DNA from: Reclinomonas americana ATCC 50394
Taxonomy: Eukaryota
Assembly (NCBI GenBank): GCA_048213135.1
Contig: PS015010.1
Span: 1,860,001 to 1,924,000, forward strand
Direction: 5' to 3'
DNA: 64,000 nt
The position numbers and the translations under genes are program-made. Below the pieces are notes generated by a model, which was not told the origin of the DNA, did no database searches, and saw nothing but the letters and a program-made list of their open reading frames with translations. Positions within the stretch are counted from its first letter, which is position 1; the number at the start of each line of letters is the position of its first letter. Of the stretch, positions 1 through 9,685 are shown one piece after another.

Positions 1-51
1 GAATGCGGCACCGGTAAAGGCGAGGAATACAAGAAACAATAACTTTTTCAT
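1..51 (-). CDS. 5' end of a secreted protein, truncated by the window edge (MKKLLFLVFLAFTGAAF...)
   Basis: ATG at 51 followed by a signal-peptide-like stretch, just downstream of the 84..806 gene. Confidence 0.6.
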   Translation of the reverse strand, partial: MKKLLFLVFLAFTGAAF

Positions 52-83
52 TTTGCTTTATTGGGTTTATAGTTGGTCGTATA

Positions 84-806
84 TCAGGATGCTCTTTTTA
101 CAGAGCCACCGCTGCTGATGTTCACGTCCCTGATCAGCGCGGCACCCTTATAATGAATATCGCCACCGCTGCTGGCTTTGGCTGTCAGTTCTTTATTGAT
201 GGTGATGCTTACCGATCCGCCGCTGCTGGCTTTGGCATCGCAGTAATCCACCGACAAGTTATAGCTTTTGAAAATAGCACCGCTGCTTACCTCTACCTGT
301 AGTTTTTCCGCAACACCGGTTACCTTCACTACGGAACCGCTGTTCTGGTCCAGGCTGATGGTTTTACCCGATACCTGTCCTTCAAATACCGCACCGCTGC
401 TGAATTTCATTTCCAGGTCGCTGGCTTTGAACTCACCTTTGATCTCGGTACGTGAACCGGCAGAACCCTGCAGCTTCGCCAGTGTTTTAAAAGAAACATA
501 GGCTTTCAGTTTGCGTTTTTCACCGTTGGTCCAGGTAACGCCGTTATTGTCGTAATACAGTTTTAATGTTCCATCCACAATCTCGGTCTTGAAACGCGAC
601 ATGTACTTTTCATCGCTGGCGCTTACCGCCAGGGATTCGGTACCCGACTGGGTAAGGTACAGATCAATTCCACTGGATACGCTGATGCCCGTAAAGCTGC
701 CGCTCAGCGTGCGGGTTACGGCATTGGGATCGGAAATAACCTCCCCTTCCTGTGCGAAAACCGACAGGGAAACGAGGCAAACGAGGGATAACAATAGTTT
801 TTTCAT
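84..806 (-). CDS. Head GIN domain (DUF2807) putative adhesin-like protein
   Basis: Signal peptide; repeated SSG[AGS] beta-helix motifs; C-terminal ASSGGDIHYKG...SSGGSV. Confidence 0.85.
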   Translation of the reverse strand: MKKLLLSLVCLVSLSVFAQEGEVISDPNAVTRTLSGSFTGISVSSGIDLYLTQSGTESLAVSASDEKYMSRFKTEIVDGTLKLYYDNNGVTWTNGEKRKLKAYVSFKTLAKLQGSAGSRTEIKGEFKASDLEMKFSSGAVFEGQVSGKTISLDQNSGSVVKVTGVAEKLQVEVSSGAIFKSYNLSVDYCDAKASSGGSVSITINKELTAKASSGGDIHYKGAALIRDVNISSGGSVKRAS

Positions 807-952
807 CCTTTAAAATTTAGGTTTTAATGAAGAGAACATTCCTGCAACAGGCAGATAACCAGGCCGCTAAACCGGCAGACACCTTTTCCCGGCAAAAAAT
901 GTTCCATGGCTATACCTTATTGGTACGCATACCCGGACTGTTTTGTTACAGT

Positions 953-984
953 TTTGAGAAAATTCTTTCAAAAGCCTACCTTTG
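953..984 (+). promoter_or_regulatory. Bacteroidota sigma-A promoter (-33 TTTG, -7 TACCTTTG)
   Basis: TTTG 953-956 and TAnnTTTG 977-984 with a 20-nt spacer, just upstream of the TPP riboswitch. Confidence 0.7.
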
Positions 985-1011
985 TGGGGTAAACGTTCTT
1001 TTTAACCGTCT

Positions 1012-1100
1012 GAATTTCCGGGGTGCTTTCCGATAGAATCGGGAGGCTGAGATCATACCCGACAACCTGCACAGGGTAATGCCTGCGAAGGGAGCAAATC
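1012..1100 (+). ncRNA. TPP (thiamine pyrophosphate) riboswitch
   Basis: GGGGTGC...GCTGAGA-TCATACCC...AACCTG...AGGGTAATGCCTGCGAAGGGA matches the THI-box consensus; lies in the 5' UTR of a TonB receptor. Confidence 0.92.
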
Positions 1101-1175
1101 CCCAGTCTGATCCAGACAGAGGGGTAAATACAGTACCTGTATTATCGAAACGGATTTCAGCGCAACTATTTTTAA

Positions 1176-3338
1176 ATGAAAAAGTTATTCCTGTATGCAC
1201 TCCTGTGCGTACCGCCCGCTGCCTTGTATGCGCAAAAAGACAAAAAATTCAACGACACCACTTTCCTTCAACCGGTAGAAGTACTGGCCACCAGGGCCTC
1301 GGAAAAAGCACCCTTTGCCAAGACCGATCTTACCAAAAAAGAGATCGTCCGCAACAACCTGGGCCAGGACCTGCCTTTTCTGCTGAACCAGACCGCCGGT
1401 GTGGTGGTGAATTCCGATGCCGGTAATGGCGTAGGGTACACGGGCATCCGCATACGCGGTACCGACGCCACCCGTGTCAATGTTACACTCAACGGCATTC
1501 CGTATAACGATGCTGAAAGCCAGGGCACCTTCTTCGTTGACCTGCCCGACATCGCCTCTTCCACCGCCGGTATCCAGGTACAGCGTGGCGTAGGCACCTC
1601 TTCCAACGGGGCCGGTGCTTTTGGCGGTACCATCAACCTGTTCACCAACGAGATCAACCGCCAGAAATACCTGGAGTTCAACAACAGCTTCGGTTCTTTC
1701 AATACGTTGAAAAATACGCTGAAGCTGGGCAGTGGCATCATTGGCAAACACTTCACCATCGATGGCAGGCTGAGCCACATCAGCAGTGATGGCTACATCG
1801 ACAGGGCCAGTTCGAAGCTCCGCTCCTGCTATGTGAGCACAGCTTATGTATCGGAAAAAAATTCCCTGCGGCTGAACATTTTTTCAGGAAAGGAAAAAAC
1901 CTACCAGGCCTGGAATGGTGTGCCGGAAAGTATGCTGAGTACGCACCGCACTTATAACCCCAGCGGTACCGAGCGCCCGGGTGAGCCTTACGATAATGAA
2001 GTGGATGATTACCTGCAAACCCATTACCAGCTTTTCTACAACCATCGTTTCAGCAAACAGTGGAAAGGCAGCATCGCCGGTTTCCTTACGCGGGGCAAAG
2101 GTTATTACGAGCAATATAAAGGAGACGAATCGCTGTCGAAATACGGCCTGCCGGATTACAATGACAATGGCACCATCATCAGCAGCACCGACCTGGTAAG
2201 GCGCCTGTGGCTCGACAATTACTTTTACGGTTCTGTTTTTTCCTTACAATACCAGCAGAAAAAAACACAGCTCAACTTTGGCGGCAGCTATACCGTGTAT
2301 GATGGCGATCATTATGGTGAAGTGAAATGGGCCAAGGTGCAGGATGCCGTGCCTGCCAATTACCGCTGGTACTTTAACCCGGCGCTGAAAAAGGATCTTT
2401 CCCTGTACAGCAAATGGACGCAGCAATGGACGGATCACTGGCAAACTTTTGCCGACCTGCAATACCGATTCGTGGACTATAAAATAGACGGCTTCAGGGA
2501 TAACCCGGCCATTCATTTGAAAAACGATTACCATTTCCTGAATCCCAAAATCGGCATTACGTATTCGCATGCCGGCTGGCAGGCTTATGCCTCCTATGCG
2601 CTGGCAGGTAAAGAACCCAACCGCGATGATTTTGAAGCGGGGCAGACTGAACAACCCAAAGCCGAATACCTGAATGACTTTGAAGCAGGGATAAAGAAAC
2701 AGCAACAGAACTATTCGGCAGGTATTAACTTCTATTACATGCGTTACCGCAACCAACTGGTGCTGACCGGTAAGATCAATGATGTGGGCGCTTACACACG
2801 TACCAATATTCCCAACAGTTACAGGACGGGTGTTGAACTGGAGGGAAAAGCAATAATAGCTAAGTGGATGAACCTGGCAGCTAATATTTCTTTCAGCGAA
2901 AACAAGATCCGCAATTTTACCGAGTACCTCGATGATTATGATAACGGCGGACAGAAAACGAATTTCTATTCCAAAACCGATATTGCCTTCTCCCCGTCCG
3001 TAGTGGCGGGCGGCAGCATCAATTTTATACCTGTAAAAAATGCGGAGATCAGCCTGGTACCCAAATATGTGGGACGCCAGTATCTTGATAATACTTCCTT
3101 ACGTTCCCGCAGCCTGGATCCGTACTATCTCCAGGACATACGCCTGAGTTATTCCCTGCAGGGCAAAGTATTGAAATCGGCCAGCATCATACTGCAGCTG
3201 AACAATGTATTTAATAAGAAGTATGAGCCCAACGGGTATACGTTCAGCTACTATTACAATAATGAATTAACTACGGAGAATTATTATTTCCCGATGGCGG
3301 GATTCAACTGGATGGCGGGGTTGAATATTTCCTTCTGA
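1176..3338 (+). CDS. TonB-dependent receptor, probably thiamine uptake
   Basis: Plug motifs (IRGTDATRVNVTLNGIP, IQVQRG); C-terminal Phe; controlled by the TPP riboswitch. Confidence 0.9.
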   Translation: MKKLFLYALLCVPPAALYAQKDKKFNDTTFLQPVEVLATRASEKAPFAKTDLTKKEIVRNNLGQDLPFLLNQTAGVVVNSDAGNGVGYTGIRIRGTDATRVNVTLNGIPYNDAESQGTFFVDLPDIASSTAGIQVQRGVGTSSNGAGAFGGTINLFTNEINRQKYLEFNNSFGSFNTLKNTLKLGSGIIGKHFTIDGRLSHISSDGYIDRASSKLRSCYVSTAYVSEKNSLRLNIFSGKEKTYQAWNGVPESMLSTHRTYNPSGTERPGEPYDNEVDDYLQTHYQLFYNHRFSKQWKGSIAGFLTRGKGYYEQYKGDESLSKYGLPDYNDNGTIISSTDLVRRLWLDNYFYGSVFSLQYQQKKTQLNFGGSYTVYDGDHYGEVKWAKVQDAVPANYRWYFNPALKKDLSLYSKWTQQWTDHWQTFADLQYRFVDYKIDGFRDNPAIHLKNDYHFLNPKIGITYSHAGWQAYASYALAGKEPNRDDFEAGQTEQPKAEYLNDFEAGIKKQQQNYSAGINFYYMRYRNQLVLTGKINDVGAYTRTNIPNSYRTGVELEGKAIIAKWMNLAANISFSENKIRNFTEYLDDYDNGGQKTNFYSKTDIAFSPSVVAGGSINFIPVKNAEISLVPKYVGRQYLDNTSLRSRSLDPYYLQDIRLSYSLQGKVLKSASIILQLNNVFNKKYEPNGYTFSYYYNNELTTENYYFPMAGFNWMAGLNISF

Positions 3339-3351
3339 TAGCGACATAAGA

Positions 3352-3422
3352 AAATGAAGGAATGAAAGAATGAAAAAGAGTCATACACTCCTTCATTCTT
3401 TCATTCCTTCATTTTTTCATTT
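3352..3422. repeat. Mirrored 8-bp simple-repeat block (GAATGAAR)n...(YTTCATTC)n between convergent genes
   Basis: aatgaaggaatgaaagaatgaaaaa followed by the inverted ccttcattctttcattccttcatt. Confidence 0.75.
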
Positions 3423-3428
3423 AATTTC

Positions 3429-3743
3429 TTATCCTCCGAATTTTTCTTTCCACCCCAGCATGCCGCCGGAGAGATTTTTCACATCGGTAAAGCCAAAAGT
3501 CTGCAGCATCATAGCTGCCTGCATACTGCGTTGCCCGCTGCGACAATAGCAGATCACTTCTTCTTCTTTCAGGCCTTCTATTTCTTCTATTTGCATGGTC
3601 TGTATGCGTCCCAGCGGCACCAGCACACCACCGATATTAAATTCGGCATTTTCATGAGGTTCACGAACGTCAACCAGGTTCAGTTTCTCACCCGATTGCA
3701 TTCTTTCCCTTACTTCTTCTGCGGAAATACTAGTCATTGTCAT
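3429..3743 (-). CDS. Rhodanese-like domain protein
   Basis: DVREP...CYCRSGQRS active-site loop; LSGGMLGW. Confidence 0.9.
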   Translation of the reverse strand: MTMTSISAEEVRERMQSGEKLNLVDVREPHENAEFNIGGVLVPLGRIQTMQIEEIEGLKEEEVICYCRSGQRSMQAAMMLQTFGFTDVKNLSGGMLGWKEKFGG

Positions 3744-4554
3744 TAGGTTTTTTCGTTTTCAAATCAAGCGAATCTTTAGGAGCGATCATTACGGCCGATA
3801 CCCGGAGATCAATCACCTGTCCGGGTTGTATGTAAATGGGTTTTTTCTCTTCATCAAAACGTTTGGGGCTCTGTTCGTATACAAAAGCAGCAGCGGTATC
3901 CGATACGGCTCCATTAATGATTACCGCTCCAACACTCAGTCCCAGTGATTCCAGGTTGGCTTTGGCTTCGCCGTAAGTCAATCCCACCAGGTCGGGAACG
4001 ATCATCTGCTGGTTACCCAGTCCTCCTCCAATGATCAGTGTGATCCTGCTGCCCCACTGTACTTTGGCTTTTTCCGGGATGCGTGTACCGTTGTATTGCT
4101 GCTCCAGCACAGAGCCCATCATAAAGTCGGGCCGGTAAATGGTATCGCCCAGTTGCAGGTGACTGCGCTGCAGCATTTCGAGTGCAAAGCCAAGGCTCTG
4201 TCCTTCCAGGCGGGGCATGTCTACCATGGGCGGTATGGTGCGGTTAACGGTGATGAATACCATACGGTTGATCTTTACCGTAGCGTTGGGATCGGGCAGT
4301 TGTTTTAGCACGATGCCCTTGGCTGCAGTATCGGTAAACACGGAGTCCTGTATATATACTTCAAACCCCTTTTTTTCCAGTTCTTTAATGGCTTCGTCTG
4401 TTTTTTTACCTACTACAGAGGGTACGGTCAGGTACTCGCCGTGCTTGGTAAGCCATCCCAGCATTTTCAAAAACAGGAATAACACCAGGAAAGCGATCAG
4501 CGCCGCGGCCAGCAGGTTAACCCAGAAGGGCCTGTTCGTAATGAATTTGAACAT
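3730..4554 (-). CDS. PASTA domain-containing protein
   Basis: N-terminal TM segment and three VP.[LV].G PASTA repeats; next to ddl. Confidence 0.88.
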   Translation of the reverse strand: MFKFITNRPFWVNLLAAALIAFLVLFLFLKMLGWLTKHGEYLTVPSVVGKKTDEAIKELEKKGFEVYIQDSVFTDTAAKGIVLKQLPDPNATVKINRMVFITVNRTIPPMVDMPRLEGQSLGFALEMLQRSHLQLGDTIYRPDFMMGSVLEQQYNGTRIPEKAKVQWGSRITLIIGGGLGNQQMIVPDLVGLTYGEAKANLESLGLSVGAVIINGAVSDTAAAFVYEQSPKRFDEEKKPIYIQPGQVIDLRVSAVMIAPKDSLDLKTKKPNDND

Positions 4555-4600
4555 TCAGTGTATGGTTTTCTGTTTACCGTTCCAAGATACTATTAACGGC

Positions 4601-5581
4601 TCAAATAAAACATTCTTCTATAAGTGCGGAATAAAATTCCTTCAGCGTCCAGCCCATGGCCACTACCTGCTGGGGAACAAGGCTGGCGGCACTTTGCCCC
4701 GGCACGGTATTGATCTCCAGCATAAAGGGCTCCTGTACGGTTTCGTCATAAATAAAGTCGATGCGCACAATACCTTTACAGTTGAATATGCTGTAAACTT
4801 TTTCGGCGGCAGCCCTTACTTTGGCAGCAATGGATTCATCGGCCTGTGCCGGCGTGATCTCGTCACTGGCGCCTTCATATTTCGCCTCGTAATCAAAAAA
4901 CTCGTTTTTGGAAATGATCTCTGTCATGGGCAGGGTAATGATCTTCCCTTTGGAGCGGAATACGCCAATGGTGAATTCCCTTCCTTTAATGAATTCTTCC
5001 ACCAGCACCTGGTCGTCTTCCTTAAATGCTTTATCCAGTGCTCCACCCAGTTGTGCCGCTTCATTCACTTTGCTCATACCAATGCTGCTGCCCCCGTTAT
5101 TGGGTTTTACAAAAACAGGCAGTCGGAGTTCTTTGAGTACTTCTTCAGGGGAAGTTTTTTCTTCCTTAAAAAGATGCATCGACTTAGCCACATGTATGCC
5201 GGCAAAAGCGGCAACAGCCACTGTATATCTTTTATTGAAGGTCAGTGCGGATGTAGCCGCGTCGCAGGAGGTATAAGGAATATGCAGGCAGTCGAAATAG
5301 CCCTGCAGTTTACCGTCCTCGCCGGGCGTGCCGTGCAGACCTACCAGTACGGCGTCGAAAGTGATCTTTTTACCGTCTACTGTAAGGGAGAAGTCATTTT
5401 TATCTACCTGTACTTTTTCACCCGCTGCCGGTTGCCAGAACCATCCTGCGGGATTAATATCAATGGTGTAACAATCCCATTTATCCGTGTCAATATTTTT
5501 TTCAATGGTGGCTGCGCTTTTGTAGGAAATAACGGCTTCACCAGAGTAGCCTCCCGTTATCAGTGCGATGGTCTTCTTCAT
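4601..5581 (-). CDS. ddl: D-alanine--D-alanine ligase
   Basis: GGYSGEAVIS, LHGTPGEDG, VKPNNGGSSIG, YEAKY, LEINTVPG; start moved to ATG 5581. Confidence 0.95.
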   Translation of the reverse strand: MKKTIALITGGYSGEAVISYKSAATIEKNIDTDKWDCYTIDINPAGWFWQPAAGEKVQVDKNDFSLTVDGKKITFDAVLVGLHGTPGEDGKLQGYFDCLHIPYTSCDAATSALTFNKRYTVAVAAFAGIHVAKSMHLFKEEKTSPEEVLKELRLPVFVKPNNGGSSIGMSKVNEAAQLGGALDKAFKEDDQVLVEEFIKGREFTIGVFRSKGKIITLPMTEIISKNEFFDYEAKYEGASDEITPAQADESIAAKVRAAAEKVYSIFNCKGIVRIDFIYDETVQEPFMLEINTVPGQSAASLVPQQVVAMGWTLKEFYSALIEECFI

Positions 5582-5722
5582 GGGGGTGTTTGTATCAAGA
5601 GTTAGCAACAAAGAAACGATAAAAAAAGCTGGATTGGGTGTTTTGACAAGCGGGTTTAGGAAAATTTTATCGAATCGGAAATCAATTGCGAATTATCAAT
5701 TACGAATTACGAATACCGTTTC

Positions 5723-6220
5723 CTACTGTCCTTCCGGTGCACCCTCCTGTACGGGTTCACCCAGGCCTTCATTACCGGAGTCGAGGATAAATTTCCAGTT
5801 ACCGTCTTTTTGTTTTTTCCAGATGCTGACATACGTACCATAGATGGTGGTATCCTGCGAGGAGGGCCTGAGTGCATAAATGCCGTAAGTATACCCGAGT
5901 TCGCCGGAATGGGCTACTGCCCCGCCCCTGGGTTCCCAGGCCATGGTAAAGGAGCTGTCATTCTGCTGGATGAGGTAGTCCACCGCGTCGGCGCCGAGCA
6001 GCGGGTAGCGGTCATCACGGAGTAATACCCCGTTACTGTCGATATATTCAAGGAAAGCGTGCTTCATTCCTTTCTCCTCACTGAGTTTGGAAAAAGCCCT
6101 GTCGGCATCCATGAGTTTGATCTTTTCGTCAATCTCACTGGTGGCTGGCTTTTTCTTGTCAAAAAGACTGCAGGAACTGATGCTGATGATGAGGAAAGCT
6201 ACAATTAATATCCGGGCCAT
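5723..6220 (-). CDS. NTF2-like / DUF4440 lipoprotein
   Basis: Lipobox SSC; GELGYTYG...YVSIWKKQKDGNWK. Confidence 0.8.
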   Translation of the reverse strand: MARILIVAFLIISISSCSLFDKKKPATSEIDEKIKLMDADRAFSKLSEEKGMKHAFLEYIDSNGVLLRDDRYPLLGADAVDYLIQQNDSSFTMAWEPRGGAVAHSGELGYTYGIYALRPSSQDTTIYGTYVSIWKKQKDGNWKFILDSGNEGLGEPVQEGAPEGQ

Positions 6221-6287
6221 ATAACAATTTAGGTAAAGAAGTCAAAAGTAAAAAGGAAAAGGAAAAAGAGGGATGAAAGATGGGGAT

Positions 6288-6371
6288 GCGGAAGTGCCAG
6301 ATGCCATCGCCTGATCTCCGGCCAGCGACATCTGCCGTTCCGCCGGGGTCTTCGCGTAAGCGAGACCCCGG
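6288..6371. repeat. Two adjacent GC-rich hairpins (REP-like element or small structured RNA)
   Basis: GCGGAA..CAGATG..TCGC..GCGA..CATCTG..TTCCGC followed by CCGGGGTC-TTCGC-GTAA-GCGA-GACCCCGG. Confidence 0.55.
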
Positions 6372-6402
6372 TGATATGCAAAGGTTGTCAAAGGTGCGGG
6401 AT

Positions 6403-6440
6403 AAACAAAAAGGCGAAAGTATTGTAACAATACCCTCGCC
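6403..6440 (-). terminator. Rho-independent terminator of the ferredoxin gene
   Basis: Minus strand GGCGAGGGTATTG-TTA-CAATACTTTCGCC-TTTTTGTTT. Confidence 0.8.
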
Positions 6441-6501
6441 AGTGTGACGGGAAATATCACCCGCCTGTAAGAGGCATTACGCCTTAATTAAAAAGTTGAC
6501 C

Positions 6502-6849
6502 CTATAAATGCATTTTTTCTTTTTTCGCCATCAGTTCTTCTACTGTCTCCTGGTACATTTCATCAGGAACGCAGCAGTCTACCGGGCAAACGGCAGCACA
6601 TTGCGGCTCTTCATGAAAACCCTGGCACTCGGTGCATTTATTGGGAGTAATATAATACGTATCCACGCTAACAGGAGCATTGCGCTGGTCGGCATCAACC
6701 GTGCTGCCATCAAGCAGTGTGAAAGTGCCTTTTACCGTGGTTCCATCGGCCATGGCCCACTCTACTCCACCTTCATAAATGGCATTATTCGGACACTCGG
6801 GCTCGCAGGCACCGCAGTTTATACATTCGTCTGTGATCTTTATTGACAT
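6502..6849 (-). CDS. 2x[4Fe-4S] ferredoxin (YfhL-like)
   Basis: [12 protein letters not shown] and [22 protein letters not shown]. Confidence 0.93.
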   Translation of the reverse strand: MSIKITDECINCGACEPECPNNAIYEGGVEWAMADGTTVKGTFTLLDGSTVDADQRNAPVSVDTYYITPNKCTECQGFHEEPQCAAVCPVDCCVPDEMYQETVEELMAKKEKMHL

Positions 6850-6890
6850 CTATCGTAATTTTGTTTCCTGTGCAATTTAATAATTACACC

Positions 6891-7886
6891 ATGAATTTAC
6901 AACAACGGATCGATTTATTGCAAAACCTGGGACAGTATTTACAGGAAAACGGAACGGAATGGCAGGAAATAAAAACCCGGGCACATATCGCCAATGCCTG
7001 GTTTACGCCCGAATTCATTGACCTGGCTGTAAACAATATCTGCACAGCATTTTTAATGCCGGAAAAGCTGCACAACTGGGCGGCCCGTTATCACCTGGAC
7101 GATAATGTGGGCGGAAAGAATGTAGGCCTGGTAATGGCGGGCAATATACCGCTGGTAGGCTTTCACGACTTCCTGGCCGTTTTCCTGAGCGGGCATCAGC
7201 AAACCATTAAACTGTCTTCCAAAGACGATGTACTGCTGAAGCATATCGTGCAGAAAATGTACAACCACGATATTACCGTGCAGAACTACGTTTCATTCGC
7301 CGAACTGCTGAAAGGATGCGACGCCTATATCGCTACAGGCAGCAACAATTCCGCCCGTTATTTTGAGCAGTATTTCAGTAAATACCCGCACATCATCCGG
7401 CGCAACCGCACATCGGTGGCCATACTCACCGGTAAGGAAACAACAGAAGAGCTGGAGCTCCTTTCCGACGATATTCACCAGTATTTCGGGCTGGGTTGCC
7501 GCAATGTGACCATGTTGTATGTGCCCAGGGAATATGACTTTGTCCCGCTGCTGGCGGCCTTTAACAAATACAGTCATTTTGCCGATCACAATAAATACAA
7601 GAATAATTTCGACTACCAGTTGTCGCTGGCCCTGCTCAACAATATTTTCTACATGACCAACAATGCCACCCTGCTGGTGGAGAGCGATGCCATTTTTTCA
7701 GCCATCGCCCAGGTGCATTACTGTTATTTTGACGATGTGCAGGAGCTGCAGACCCGGCTTTCCTCCCATCCCGACATACAGTGTATTACCGGTGCTTACG
7801 GCATACCTTTCGGGCAGGCGCAAAAGCCCTCCCTTACCGATTATGCCGATGGTGTGGATACCATGCAATTTCTTTTGGGGCTGTAA
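6891..7886 (+). CDS. Acyl-CoA reductase (LuxC-like)
   Basis: VMAGNIPLVGFHD, IATGSNNSARYF, YFGLGCRNV; ATG at 6891 preceded by TAATTTTG (6856-6863). Confidence 0.85.
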   Translation: MNLQQRIDLLQNLGQYLQENGTEWQEIKTRAHIANAWFTPEFIDLAVNNICTAFLMPEKLHNWAARYHLDDNVGGKNVGLVMAGNIPLVGFHDFLAVFLSGHQQTIKLSSKDDVLLKHIVQKMYNHDITVQNYVSFAELLKGCDAYIATGSNNSARYFEQYFSKYPHIIRRNRTSVAILTGKETTEELELLSDDIHQYFGLGCRNVTMLYVPREYDFVPLLAAFNKYSHFADHNKYKNNFDYQLSLALLNNIFYMTNNATLLVESDAIFSAIAQVHYCYFDDVQELQTRLSSHPDIQCITGAYGIPFGQAQKPSLTDYADGVDTMQFLLGL

Positions 7887-8085
7887 TATATCCTGTTGAG
7901 AAAGAGAGCGATAGATGTACAGGCAATCACCAATCTACGAAATCCTTCCTAATTAATTGTTAAACATGCCCGCCGATCAAACGCATTTTGTCATTGCGTA
8001 GTTATTTTGTATGTCCGGGCACGATGATTGATAGGTTGTACCCTGTAAAATTCATAAATTCGAGAACTAAATAAAACCTACTACA

Positions 8086-9627
8086 ATGAAATTGAAACAA
8101 GTTTTATTCACGGTTGCCATTAGTGCTGTTACTGCTTTTGGGGTGATGTGGGGTTATGGTACTTATCTGAAAAAGAATAACACTTATGCGGGGCAGGAAG
8201 CGGGCGTTGTACCTTCCAATTACAAATACGCGGGCTTCCCCGATGGTTCCACGCCTCCGGGCAACGCGATTGATTTTACCGCACCTTCAGCTGCCGCCAC
8301 TCCCGCGGTAGTGCACATCAAAACCAAAACCAACGCCAAAGAAGTAAGCAATAGTCTTCCCCGTAACCGCCAGCAGCAGAACAACCCGTTCTCCGATTTT
8401 TTCGGTAACGACGATATTTTCGAACAACTGTTCGGTGGCCGTGGCAGGGGTGTGATCCCGGAACAAAGAGCTTCCGGCTCTGGCGTTATCATCAGCGAGG
8501 ATGGCTACATCGTGACCAACAACCACGTGGTGGACAATGCCGATGAGATCAACGTAACACTCAGCAACAGGAAAACTTACAAAGCCAAAGTGATCGGTAC
8601 CGATGCGGCCTACGACCTGGCCGTGATCAAGATTGAAGCTGCCGGCCTCCCCTTCCTGCTGTATGGCAACTCCGACGACCTGAAGATCGGTCAGTGGGTA
8701 CTCGCCATTGGTTATCCCCTGAACCTGGAAACGACCGTTACCGCAGGTATCGTGAGCGCCAAGGCCAGGAGCCTGGGACTGAACAAGGACAAGAACGGCG
8801 ACAGGGGCACAGCGGTTGAATCGTTCATCCAAACCGACGCCGCGGTGAATATGGGCAACAGCGGCGGCGCACTTATCAACACCGATGGTAAACTGGTGGG
8901 TGTGAACTCTGCAATTGCTTCCCCAACCGGTTATTACTCCGGTTACTCTTATGCCATACCGGTGAATATTGTTAAGAAAGTGGTGGACGATCTTATTCGT
9001 TACGGCAATGTGCAAAGGGGCTATCTCGGCATCAAGTTCAGGTCCATGACGGAGATCTCCGATGAAGAAAAGAAAGCATCCAATATTCCCAGCGGTACAG
9101 AAGGCATTTACGCTTTTGATGTGTCTACCGAAGGCGGTGCTTATGCTGCCGGTTTGCGCAGGGGCGATATCATCACCAAAGTGAACGGAACGGATGTGAA
9201 CAGCTCTGCCGAAGTGGTAGGCCTGATCGGCAGCTACAAACCGGGTGATAAAGTAGCGGTGAATTATCTCCGCAACGGTAAAGAGAATTCCACTTTCGTT
9301 ACCCTTAAGAACCAGTTGAACAGTTTTGATGTGGTGAAAGCCGATGAAGCGCTTGACCAACTGGGCGGCAGCTTTGCCACGCTTGACACCCGTAAGGCCA
9401 AAGAGTATGGCATTGCCGGCGGTGTGCTGGTTAAAAAGATCAACGGCGGTGCACTCAATGACCAGACACGTATGAAAGACGGCTTCGTGATTCTGAAAGT
9501 GAATGATAAAGATGTGAAATCGATCGAAGAGCTGAGGGCCGCGGTGGGCAATGCAAAAAGTATTACACTGAGCGGTTTTTATCCCGGGTATGACGGTATT
9601 TATGAATACCCGCTATCACTGGAATAA
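8086..9627 (+). CDS. HtrA/DegP (Do) family serine protease with two PDZ domains
   Basis: GSGVII, TNNHV, DLAVIKI, TDAAVNMGNSGG. Confidence 0.95.
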   Translation: MKLKQVLFTVAISAVTAFGVMWGYGTYLKKNNTYAGQEAGVVPSNYKYAGFPDGSTPPGNAIDFTAPSAAATPAVVHIKTKTNAKEVSNSLPRNRQQQNNPFSDFFGNDDIFEQLFGGRGRGVIPEQRASGSGVIISEDGYIVTNNHVVDNADEINVTLSNRKTYKAKVIGTDAAYDLAVIKIEAAGLPFLLYGNSDDLKIGQWVLAIGYPLNLETTVTAGIVSAKARSLGLNKDKNGDRGTAVESFIQTDAAVNMGNSGGALINTDGKLVGVNSAIASPTGYYSGYSYAIPVNIVKKVVDDLIRYGNVQRGYLGIKFRSMTEISDEEKKASNIPSGTEGIYAFDVSTEGGAYAAGLRRGDIITKVNGTDVNSSAEVVGLIGSYKPGDKVAVNYLRNGKENSTFVTLKNQLNSFDVVKADEALDQLGGSFATLDTRKAKEYGIAGGVLVKKINGGALNDQTRMKDGFVILKVNDKDVKSIEELRAAVGNAKSITLSGFYPGYDGIYEYPLSLE

Positions 9628-9647
9628 TACAATAAACAATACAGCAC

Positions 9648-9685
9648 AAACAGGCGGGCGATGATGATCATCGCCCGTTTTTATA
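9648..9685. terminator. Bidirectional terminator between htrA and the GH13 gene
   Basis: CGGGCGATGA-TGA-TCATCGCCCG with flanking A/T runs. Confidence 0.75.

Noticed and set aside
4217-5605. Long antisense ORFs (462 aa here; also 8287..9360, 15683..16612 and others)
   Set aside because: Shadows of well-supported genes on the opposite strand, with no motifs of their own
6280-6375. SRP or 6S RNA
   Set aside because: No SRP GGAA-loop/AGCAG motif, and no recognisable 6S central-bubble architecture
6891-7886. Bioluminescence (lux) locus
   Set aside because: Only a LuxC-like reductase is present, with no luxABDE; pairing with ferredoxin is ordinary in Bacteroidota
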